Assembly: GCA_002429065.1 (NCBI GenBank)
Contig: DIYN01000048.1
Coordinates: 21,727 to 85,726, forward strand
Length of the DNA stretch: 64,000 bases
Direction: 5' to 3'
From: Verrucomicrobia bacterium UBA6053
Lineage (GTDB): Bacteria > Verrucomicrobiota > Kiritimatiellia > SS1-B-03-39 > UBA6053
Shown: positions 36,251 through 46,300 of the stretch, one piece after another
Layout of the letters: every line of letters begins with the position of its first letter
Position numbering within the stretch: position 1 is the first letter of the stretch
The notes under the pieces: generated by a model
Told to the model about the DNA's origin: nothing
Seen by the model: only the letters and a program-made list of their open reading frames with translations
Database searches by the model: none
Program-made: the position numbers and the translations under genes

Positions 36251-37741
36251 ATGAAAGGATTACGTCTACTTACTCTGATTTTCCTTGGACTTGTGTCCGG
36301 CTGCGGGGGGGGGAGTTTCACCTCCGCCGACACCACGCTGCAGGTGTTTTGTGCGGCCAGTCTGACGGAGGTCGTACAAGAGTTTTCCCGCGAATACTCC
36401 GCACGTACCGGAGTGGAGGTCACAATCAATTCCGCGGGTTCCAGCACCCTGGCCCGTCAGATCCTTGCCGGAGGAAGAGCGGATCTGTATCTCAGTGCAA
36501 GTGAGGCCTGGATGGACCGACTGCAGGAGGCCGGACAGGTCTCGCAAGAGGACCGTCACAGGTTTGCCCGGAACCGCCTGGTCCTGGCCGTGGATGCCGA
36601 ATCTCCGCTTCGACTGTCCTCTCCATGTAAGCTGACGGAACTAGGTGAGATTCGGCTGTTGGCGATGGGGGATCCTGATCATGTTCCGGCCGGGGTTTAT
36701 GGAAAACAATGGCTGCAGTCTGTTCGCTGCGGTGACGAGACGCTTTGGCATCAGCTCCAGCATCGTCTTTCACCCGCTCCGGATGTCCGGGCCGCTTTGG
36801 CTCAGGTTCGGGCCGGTCCGGATGTTGTCGCGTTGGTGTACGCAACCGATGTGGCGACCCGACGGAACCGGGTGCGGGTTTTATTGGAGATCCCGGAGCG
36901 GGAACAGCCGGAAATCCACTACACGGCGGGAATCCTCAAGGAAAGTCCGGCACGGGAGGCTGCCGAGGTGTGGATCCGGGATTTCCTTCATGCGGAGGGA
37001 CAATCCGTTCTCCGGAAACACGGGTTTGTGACGGGGGAAGACTCTGATTCGGTTTTGCAACGCGAGGCCTCCTCCATGACCCACTGGGGAACTCTCTTGA
37101 TGGTGACCAGTCTCTGGGCGACGCTGGCCACTGCCGGGTCGTTGGTCCTGGGGGTGCCGGTGGCGTACCTGTTGGCCCGGGGGAGGTTTCGCGGCAAGCG
37201 GGCCCTCTCCGCCGTGATCGGACTCCCGATGGTGATGCCGCCAACTGCGGTTGGGTTTCTCCTGCTGCTTTTCCTGGCAGAGCGGGGTGTCCTCGCCCAG
37301 CTTGGCATTCAGACCAACTGGCTGTTTACCTGGAAAGCAGTGGTACTGGCCCAGATGGTGATGGCCCTGCCGTTCGTGATCCGGACGGCGCGGGTGGCGT
37401 TTGAAGAAGTCGATCCCCGACTGGAACAACTCGCCCGGACCCTGGGCTTCACCCGCCAACAGGTCTGGACGAGGGTCACAGTCCCCCTTGCCGGCCGGGG
37501 ACTGGTTGCGGCCGGCCTGCTCGGGTTTACCCGGGCACTGGGGGAATTCGGAGCGACGGTGATGATTGCCGGTACCATCCCCGGGCGGACGCAAACCCTT
37601 GCCTCCGCCATCTATTCGGCTCAGCAGTCCGGTGACGATGCGAGGGCGGGAGTGTTACTGGTCGTGGCGGCCCTGTTGGGCATCGCCGTGGTGTATCTGA
37701 CCGAAACTCTTTCCCGGCCGGGAAAAAGGGGGAAGGCATGA
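36251..37741 (+). CDS. modAB: fused molybdate-binding lipoprotein (ModA) and permease (ModB)
   Basis: Lipobox LGLVSGC, then a ModA-like domain (LQVFCAASLTEVVQEF...TINSAGSSTLARQI), then a ModB-like permease (ARTLGFTRQQVWTRVTVPLA..., RALGEFGATVMIAG). ATG at 36251. Confidence 0.85.
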   Translation: MKGLRLLTLIFLGLVSGCGGGSFTSADTTLQVFCAASLTEVVQEFSREYSARTGVEVTINSAGSSTLARQILAGGRADLYLSASEAWMDRLQEAGQVSQEDRHRFARNRLVLAVDAESPLRLSSPCKLTELGEIRLLAMGDPDHVPAGVYGKQWLQSVRCGDETLWHQLQHRLSPAPDVRAALAQVRAGPDVVALVYATDVATRRNRVRVLLEIPEREQPEIHYTAGILKESPAREAAEVWIRDFLHAEGQSVLRKHGFVTGEDSDSVLQREASSMTHWGTLLMVTSLWATLATAGSLVLGVPVAYLLARGRFRGKRALSAVIGLPMVMPPTAVGFLLLLFLAERGVLAQLGIQTNWLFTWKAVVLAQMVMALPFVIRTARVAFEEVDPRLEQLARTLGFTRQQVWTRVTVPLAGRGLVAAGLLGFTRALGEFGATVMIAGTIPGRTQTLASAIYSAQQSGDDARAGVLLVVAALLGIAVVYLTETLSRPGKRGKA

Positions 37742-38826
37742 ATCGGGACTTTAAGTTGAGCATGCGGATGACCCTGAAACAGGGAGGGTTCACACTGGAA
37801 GTGGATACCACCAGCCAGACACGGGTTCTGGGTCTGTATGGACCTTCCGGCTCAGGAAAAACAAGCTGGCTGGAATCATTGGCCGGATTAAGGCGGCCTG
37901 ATCAGGGACGCATTTCCTGCGGGGATGCGGTATGGCTGGACACGGATCAGGGGATTTGCCTTCCACCGGACAAGCGGGGCATCGGGTATGTCCCCCAGGA
38001 CGGTCTGTTGTTTCCACATTGGTCGATTCGTCAAAACCTTCTCGCAGGGGTTGCCTCTCCGGGGGAGTCACCCTTTGATGAGGTATGCCGGGTGTTGGAA
38101 TTGGAGGAGCTTCTGGATCGTCGGCCGGATCAGGTATCGGGAGGCCAGAAGCAGCGGGTCGCGCTGGGAAGAGCTTTATGCATTCAGCCCAAGCTGCTGC
38201 TGTTGGATGAACCCCTGTCTGCATTGGACGTTGCCTTACGGAACCGGGTCCTCACCTATCTGTTGCGCATCCGCGATTATGTGGAGATCCCGATGGTGGT
38301 GGTGTCTCACAATCCGTTTGAATTGATGACTCTGTGTGATGAGGTGATCGCCCTGGGGGCTGGCCGGGTTCTGGATCGTGGGGCTCCTTCCGTGCTGTTC
38401 AGCCAGGCGGCATTTTTTCCGTATGCCTCGCAGGAGGGAGGACTGGAGAACCTGTGGCAGGCCCGGGTGGTGGAATGTGATCCACACGGAGCGAAGATTC
38501 GGCTGGGTGAGGAAGGGCGGGGAGCCTCCCTTCGGGTGAACGGGTTTCAGGGTGAGATCAATCAGCGTATACGGGTGGGAATCTCCTCCCGGGAATTGAT
38601 GATTGCCACCGAGGATGTCCCTCATCTTTCCGCCCGGAACCGCATTCCTGGTCAGATCGAACGCCTACAGCAGATAGGGAATGAAACCCTGGTGACCCTT
38701 ACGTTGGCCCCCGACCTTTCCGCCGTGGTGGAACTGACTCAGGAAGCGGTTCGGGACTTACAGATGGCACCAGGGTTGGAGGTATTTCTTCTCTGTAAGA
38801 GTACGGCCCTGGTCGTGTGGGACTGA
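37738..38826 (+). CDS. modC: molybdate ABC transporter ATP-binding protein with C-terminal TOBE/Mop domain
   Basis: Walker A GPSGSGKTS, signature VSGGQKQR, Walker B LLLDEPLSALD, and a C-terminal TOBE-like domain of about 130 aa. ATGA overlap with modAB. Confidence 0.9.
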   Translation: MNRDFKLSMRMTLKQGGFTLEVDTTSQTRVLGLYGPSGSGKTSWLESLAGLRRPDQGRISCGDAVWLDTDQGICLPPDKRGIGYVPQDGLLFPHWSIRQNLLAGVASPGESPFDEVCRVLELEELLDRRPDQVSGGQKQRVALGRALCIQPKLLLLDEPLSALDVALRNRVLTYLLRIRDYVEIPMVVVSHNPFELMTLCDEVIALGAGRVLDRGAPSVLFSQAAFFPYASQEGGLENLWQARVVECDPHGAKIRLGEEGRGASLRVNGFQGEINQRIRVGISSRELMIATEDVPHLSARNRIPGQIERLQQIGNETLVTLTLAPDLSAVVELTQEAVRDLQMAPGLEVFLLCKSTALVVWD

Positions 38827-38830
38827 TCCT

Positions 38831-39020
38831 TACCCTCTATCCCTCTTTCTTTTTCTCCGTCTTACGTTCATCCTCCTCTTTGTCTTTGTCTCCCCCTCCG
38901 TGAAGTTCTCGCACCGGATTTCCGTGCATGATGGAAACATTGCCGATCCGGAATTTTCTGTCATCCTGTTGAGGCAGACAAAGACAAAGACAAAGAAGAA
39001 GACGACGAAGAAGAAGAGGG
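38831..39020. repeat. polypyrimidine tract and polypurine (GACAAA/GAAGAA hexad) tract forming an inverted repeat
   Basis: TCTTTGTCTTTGTCT (38877-38891) is the exact complement of AGACAAAGACAAAGA (38976-38990, or in register at 38982-38996). The flanks remain C/T-rich on the left and A/G-rich on the right. Confidence 0.8.
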
Positions 39021-39045
39021 GCATGAATCGGAACAAAGAAGAGCC

Positions 39046-40206
39046 GTGGAGATGTTGGATATGATCACGAGAACTTGGATGATACGCATTGTGGGGGTGA
39101 TGTCTTTGCTGTCGGTCTGTCGAGGTGAGGACGTCTACGCGACCACAGTAAAGGCCCGTAATGGAAAAGAACAAACCCTCCGGATGTGGATTCCTCCCGG
39201 GACGGAGGTGGTCCGGGGGGCGATCATGCAGGGCCGATGGGATGGACTGGAGACAAAAGGGCAGTACCGTCAACTTGCGACGATCCTGGAATTTGCTCTG
39301 ATAGGCGGCATGATGCAGCACGGGGATGACTATCAGACCTCCATCCCGCTGGCACTTCAGGATCTTGCCAGGCAAAGCGGTCATCCCGAGATTGAACACA
39401 TCCCTTTTGTCACCATGGGGTTTTCAAATGGCGGATGGTGGGCGGTGAATGTGGCCAAAGTCATGCCCGAGCGCACCATTGCGGTGGCGGTTTGTGCAAT
39501 GCCGGGTCTTTCAGATATCGAAAAAAAACCGGACCATCTGGCGGCCATGCGGACCGTGCCGGTGATGCAGGTCAACGGGGCATCGGATGGGGCCACTCAT
39601 GACTGGATGCGAAAGGAGAATCCCACATTTCCCAAACTCCGGAAGCATGATTTGCCCTGGACCCTTGCGCTCCAGTGGAACACCAAACACAAATACGGTG
39701 CCACCAATGCTCTTGCCTTCCCTTTTCTGCGTGAAGCCATTCATCTGAGGCTTCCCACCCCAGCGGATACCAGAGAAGGACCCGTCACGCTCACCGCTCT
39801 GGATCCCAGGCAGATCTGGCTCGGGGATCGCCGCACCTGGGCGAAAGGAAATGCCGTGATTGCCCCTGCGGATACCCAAGCACTCCAGGACCCGAATCAG
39901 GTCTGGCTGCTGAATGAATCGGTGGCCCGTGATTGGCGGGCCTTTCAGTCTCTGAACCGGGTGAAAACGCTGATCAAACTGGAAAAAGGTGAGGAGGGAG
40001 GTGTGATCCTGATGCTGCAGGGGAAAACAGAGGGCATCACCCATGTGCGGTACTACAATGGAGCGTCCCTGCTCGGGGAGGGCAGGGCGGAAGACGCCCT
40101 GGATCTGGGCATCCTGAAGCCCGGAATTTATTCCTTTCATGCTGAAGTCGATCTGGAAACCGGATCAGAAAATGTGACCCCATTGCGGCTCCATTTACAG
40201 CAATAG
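39046..40206 (+). CDS. secreted alpha/beta-hydrolase-like protein (hypothetical)
   Basis: Signal peptide (IRIVGVMSLLSVCRG). Nucleophile-elbow-like MGFSNGGWWA. No further assignment possible. Confidence 0.5.
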   Translation: MEMLDMITRTWMIRIVGVMSLLSVCRGEDVYATTVKARNGKEQTLRMWIPPGTEVVRGAIMQGRWDGLETKGQYRQLATILEFALIGGMMQHGDDYQTSIPLALQDLARQSGHPEIEHIPFVTMGFSNGGWWAVNVAKVMPERTIAVAVCAMPGLSDIEKKPDHLAAMRTVPVMQVNGASDGATHDWMRKENPTFPKLRKHDLPWTLALQWNTKHKYGATNALAFPFLREAIHLRLPTPADTREGPVTLTALDPRQIWLGDRRTWAKGNAVIAPADTQALQDPNQVWLLNESVARDWRAFQSLNRVKTLIKLEKGEEGGVILMLQGKTEGITHVRYYNGASLLGEGRAEDALDLGILKPGIYSFHAEVDLETGSENVTPLRLHLQQ

Positions 40207-40344
40207 AGACGATGAAATGCGATGGTTCACGTCCTTTCTGTATTGTATGTAATGTTTACGCGAAAGTTGTTGGTTTTCATTAACATAGGAAAAGGGAATT
40301 TGTAGAATTACCTCATTCTACCCTAGGTCCCACCTCCTGATTTT

Positions 40345-43300
40345 ATGAATGACAATCATCCCCTTGTTCGAACACGTATGTATTTTCTTCTTCTCTTGCT
40401 GTTGGGTTTCGCAGGGGGGTGGTTTCTCTTCAGGATGAAGGGGGGCTCGGAGTCTGATCCGCTGACGTTCTCCGGGGATGTGGTGCAGACGCATCCGCCG
40501 CACCAGGAAGGAGTCCGTGTATCCAACGATCCCCGTTCCACTCTCCCGGAAGGCGAAGAAGTGACACATCCGTTTGCCGGCCAGGTTCTTGGTCAGAGCA
40601 GACCCTCTGACGCTCGTGGGGCTGTCTCACCTGAAGATGCAGGAGCTACCTTCCAAACCGACGGCATTTCCTCCGCCCGGGCTTCCGAAACGGCGTCTGG
40701 GGATGTGGAACATGAGTGGGAGAACACGCCGGGGGCTCTGCAAGCGGCCTGGAGGGATCAGGTCGCAGATCGAACCCAGTTAACGGTTCCCCGTCTGTTG
40801 ATGGAAGAACCTTCTCTGGCTGGAATTGAACGCGCGGATCTTTCTGAGGTTCAGGTGCGGTATACCTATTCGGAACAGATTGAATCCTCGTTCCCGACTG
40901 TGATGGAAGATAAACACGAACGGCGGAGGCATTCTTATCTGCTCACCCTTCTGGAGGAAACCGCCGATATGCAGACGCGGTTACGAGCAGAAGCCCTGGG
41001 GCTGGAATATAAAGGAATAGATGCCGAAGGCAGGGGATTCACGCTGGCGTTTTTCGAAGAAGGGGCCCCAAGATATCTCCGCACCATGAACCAAAGTGCT
41101 GCGGAATCCTCTGCTGCGGACTTAGTCAGACAGAACGTTGATTTCGATCCCATTCTGGGACCGGATCTCGACGGAAGCGGTTTCTTTTTTAACATTAACG
41201 ATCATGGAATCGCCCGGCAACATTTGGAATTCCAATTGCCGAATGGCGGTGGCAGCCGGGTGATGGAGCGGGAGCCGGAAGATCATGACAGCCATATGGA
41301 TCATGTGACCGGGACGGTGGGCGCGCACGGATACCGGGAGGATGCGAAAGGAATGGCGCCTGCGGTGAGGATGTATTCTCTGAATCAGCAGAGTTCCTCG
41401 GATGTGGATCTGCTGGGCATGAGGTTTCCCTTGCAGTCCCGCCGCTCCATCGGAGGTACCACGTCACTGGGCTGGTCCCATGAGACAGGAGAAGGAGGAG
41501 AATATGATTATACGGGGAGGAGTTTCGATGACCAACTCCTTGAGACTCCGTATTATCTTCATTTTTACGCCGCCGCGAACAACGGTGGATACAACACCAT
41601 CAGTAACGGACGGGCGGCGAGTAAGAACCTCATGACGGTGGGATCCGGCCGACATGTGAACCGGCAGGCGGACGGGACGTACATTTCAGGGGGCAATAAA
41701 TCCGGATTCAGTTCCATGGGCCCGATGGATGATGGTCGTATCAAGCCGGACATTCTCGCAAATGGTGAAAGCGTCCGCTCCACCACCGGCACCAGCGGCT
41801 ATTCCAACAAGCAGGGAACCAGTATGGCGACGCCCAACGCCTCCGGGTCCTCGATTCTGCTTCAGGATTATTTTTCCAAGCGCTTTCCCGGTCATCTGAT
41901 GAAGGCGGTGACGCTGAAAAACCTGATTGTTCACACTGCGGATGATCTCGGGGACACAGGTCCGGATTACCGTCATGGCTGGGGATTTATGAATACCCGC
42001 AAGGCTGCGGATCTGGTGGCAAGTTATGCGGATCAGCCCGGCAACCGACGGCTCACAGAAGCCGTGTTGACGAATGGTGAAACGCATGACTATCTCTTCA
42101 CCTGGGATGGCACCAGTCCCTTGGTCGCCAATCTTGCCTGGATGGATTACCGGGGCATCTCCTCTTCGGCCCACGATGACCGGCAGGCGGATATCAAATA
42201 CGACCTGGACCTGCGGATTATCAGCCCTTCTGGATCCACAACCTATCTGCCCTGGGCCATGCCGTTTGTTCTGAATGGGTTTAATACGGATGATTATGAC
42301 ACCGCAGCCGTCAAAGCCGACAACACCGTGGACAATGTGGAGCAGGTCCGCATTGGCAGTCCCACAGAGGTGGGAGTCTACACGGTTCAGATTTCGCATA
42401 AAGGGACCCTTGAGTCGGATGAACCGGTTTCGTATTCGTTGATCCTTTCCGGGGTTGATCTGTCGGCTGCTGCACCGGCTCCCACCATCAGCAGCTTTAC
42501 GCCAAATCAGGGCCGGCATCATCATCTGCAGGTGTCGGTGACAGGAACCGGTTTTTTACTGGGGGCGAATGTGCGGCTCCAGGCTCCGGGACTCGAGGCC
42601 ATTGAGGGATATGCCGAAGTTGTCACCCCAACACAGATCGAAGTGTTTCTGCCCTTGGATCGTGTCCCGCCAGGGGATTATCAGCTTGTGGTGGAGAATC
42701 CGGATGGACAGAGCGTCACTGCAGCCGGAGGGTTTGAAGTGCCTTCTTACCGGGATCTGTTGTTTGAAGATTTTGATGCGCCCGGTTTTACCTTTGCTGG
42801 AGCGGGATGGACCACCGGAGCGACGACGGGGTCCGATGAATGGACGCTCAGCAACTCGGTTTCAGTTTCCGGCAGCAGTGCACATGTTCCGGTCAGCACC
42901 GAAGAGATTTTCTCCTACCTGGAATCTCCTGCAATCGCCGTGCCGGACACAAACGACCCGATCTTTCTGAGTTTTGAGCATCTGTGGGATTTTGAAATTA
43001 CCCTGAGTGGTTCCCATGCGGGGGAAGATGCCGCTCTGCTTATGATGTCCGTGGATGGCGGAGCATTTGAGTATGTGGATCAGGGCTTTACCGGTGCCGC
43101 TGCTGGAACCGAAATTGTCAGCGGTGACTATTGGGACCATGTGGACAGCTCCAACCTCCTGAGATACAGCTATTACACCACCTACGCCTGGACGGATGAT
43201 TCGGGAGGGTGGCAGCGGACGACCGTGCAACTGGATCCCGCACTCTATAAAAACAAAACCCTCCGGTTCCGGTGGTGTCTGGGTTCTCAGAACACGGGCA

Positions 43301-46300
43301 CGGATCCGGTGGAAGGGTGGTGGATTGAGAATGTCAGCCTCAGCATTCGCGATACCAATACACCTCCTCAGCTTGATGCCGTACCTTCAAACCAGGCCAC
43401 TGTAGGGGTGCTGTACCAGCAGGTGATCTCCTTTTCGGATGCAGATGGAGGATTTCCGGCTCTGACGTCGCTTTCAACTCCCGGATGGTTGGGGTTTGTG
43501 GATCATGGTGACGGAACCGGCACGCTCAGTGGGACACCGCAGGCTGGGGATGTAGGTACTTCTCAGGTGGAAGTGGAGGCGGATGACGGCACCGCGACCC
43601 GCTCGCTGCGCTACTTCCTGAATGTTCTGCCATCCGGGGGAAATCAGCCTCCCTCGATGACCACAGGGGCCCTGGATCTGGCCATCCTGGACACCCTCTA
43701 TAGCATGGTGGTCTCTGCTGCGGATCCGGACGGTCATCTTCTTTCTCTGGAGGTTTCCAATCTGCCGTCGTGGCTTTCCTTTGTGGATCATGGCAACGGA
43801 ACGGGAACACTGAGCGGGACACCCCATGAATATACGGTGGGCAGCCTGAACCTCGAATTTGTGGTGCATGACGGTGTCGAGGGGGTGTCCCAAACGCTGC
43901 CTCTGCAGATTCTACCGGCACCGGAACTCGGATTCACATCCGCGACCGCCTCGGTTGGGGAAGGAGAGGGAACGGTTACGGTTACGGTCACACGCAGTCT
44001 GAATTCCGTTGGGCCTGTCAGCGTGGAATTCAGCACCACCGCACTGTCTGCAACCGCAGGAGATGATTTCACTGCTCAGTCGGGTACGCTGAACTGGGCG
44101 GATGGCGAAAGCGGATCCAAAACCGTCGACATTGCCATTCTCGATGACAATGACTTCAACGAAGGAAATGAAACGTTCCGGGTGGACCTGTCCAACCCCG
44201 GGAATGGGGCGGTTCTGGGGCTGAATGACAGGGTCACGGTCACCATCACCGAAAATGACATTAATGATCCGCCTCACATCACCCTGGACAGCCCGGGAAG
44301 TGCTCAGGTGGGGATTCCATCCGGCGTGGGGCTGATTCTGGAAACCACTGCGACGGATGATGGGACTTTCCAACCGCTCACCTTCAGTTGGACCCAGGAA
44401 TCCGGGCCCGGAACGGCCACCTTTTCCTCACCGGCTGCAGAAGACACCCGGGTCACCTTCGATATCGATGGCACCTATGTGCTGCGGTTAACCGCTGATG
44501 ATGGAGGAATGCAAGGCATTCGTGAAATCATCGTGACCGTTGGCGGCGGCGGGGGACCCTCCGGGTATCAGGAGGTGGCGGGCCAAGTCGTGATGGAAGC
44601 GGAGGTTCATGACCACTCCGTGACCGTAGATGGAAAAGAATGGGTGACCAATACAGACCTCACCGGGTTTCTGGGGGCCGGTCTGGTGACCGTTCTGCCG
44701 AATAACGGGGATAATAAAAACACTGGATATACGGGGGGAGGGGCTGCCCGGCTGGATTACCAGGTGAATTTCACGACAACCGGAACGTACTATATCTGGG
44801 TGCGTGGAAACTCCTCGGGTGGAGGGGATGACAGTGTCCATGCCAGCTTGAATGATCAAGTGATCGATACCGCTGACCGCATCACTGTCAGCAACAACGG
44901 GAATTGGAGCTGGAGCCGGAATACGATGGACTCTGCTGTCGCCACGTTGGAGGTCCCCACCGCCGGACTTCATACCTTTAACCTGTATATGCGGGAGGAC
45001 GGTGCGTCCGTAGACCGGATCATTTTGTCCACGGATAATAGTTTCAGTCCCAGTGGGGACGGGCCGGATGTCAGCGAACGCGGTGTCCGTCAGGGCCCGG
45101 ACGTGGACCCTGGCGGACCGTACACGGTTCAGGCCGGTCTCACTCTGTCACTCTCGGCGACAGTGACGGATGATGGTTACCCGGAGATTCCCGGCAGTAC
45201 CTCTCAAACCTGGAGTCAGGTATCCGGCCCCGGTACGGCTGCGTTTGTGGATGCTTCCCTGGAAGATGCCGCCGTCAGTTTTGATGTGCCGGGGGAATAC
45301 AGTCTCAGGCTTGTGGCAACCGATGGAGATTCCTCCACATTTGCGGAGGTTGTGGTCACGGTCACGGCATCCGGTCCTGCCGTGATTGTTACCGAAACGG
45401 ATGCCGGTACAGATGTGACGGAGGGTGGATCCGGAGACAGTTATGCCCTGGTACTGAGTCAAGCCCCCTCAGCCAATGTGACCGTCACGGTTTCACCGGA
45501 TGGTCAACTGCAGACCGACAGCCCCACCGTGGAGTTTACCCCGGCGAATTGGGACCAGCCCCAGGTGGTGAATGTTTCCGCTGTGGATGATGCTGTGGAT
45601 GAGGGGGAACATAGCGGATCGATCACCCATTCTGTTTCAAGTGGGGATGCGGGGTATGACGGGATTGTGATGAATGCCGTTTCTGTCACGATTACCGACA
45701 ATGACGCCCCCGGTGTGCTGGCATTCTCGGTATCCAGTCTTTCTGTTTCCGAGGGAGACGGGACTGCCGCACTCACGGTGACCCGGACAGGAGGCAGCGC
45801 AGGCAGCGCTCAGGTGAACTATGCAACCCTTGACGGTACGGCCACGGCAGGCGTGGATTACTCATCCAACAGCGGAAGCCTCACCTGGGCGGATGGGGAT
45901 GCCTCCGCAAAATCGATCCTGATTCCCCTTTTGGAGGATGTGACCTGGGAAGGAACGGTCAGCCTGTCGGTGACGCTGTCTTCGGCAACAGGGGCTTCTC
46001 TGGGCAGTCCATCCGTTGTCACGGTGGAGATTACCGACAATGACCTTTCGACAGATGGACTGGTACTTCACTACCCCTTTGAGGAAGGCAGCGGGACCTC
46101 CACAACCGATGCTGCGGGAAGCAACAATGGAACCCTGCAGAATTCAGTGGAATGGTCCTCCGGGAAATATGGTGGAGCCGTGGACGTTGATTTAAGCGGT
46201 GGAACGGGGGTGTTTGAGGAAGTGACCACGGATGCGTCGGTGGCACTCGCGGCCAATTCCTCCTGGACCGCGATGGCATGGGTATGGATGGACGCCGCTC

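Noticed and set aside
40298-40313. A shared ATTT(C)TGTAGAA motif upstream of both giant protease genes (40298-40313 and 47534-47545), also resembling half of the 59740 palindrome.
   Set aside because: The common core is only 7-9 nt and lies at different distances from the start codons. A 9-mer is expected by chance about 0.5 times in 128 kb of two-strand sequence.
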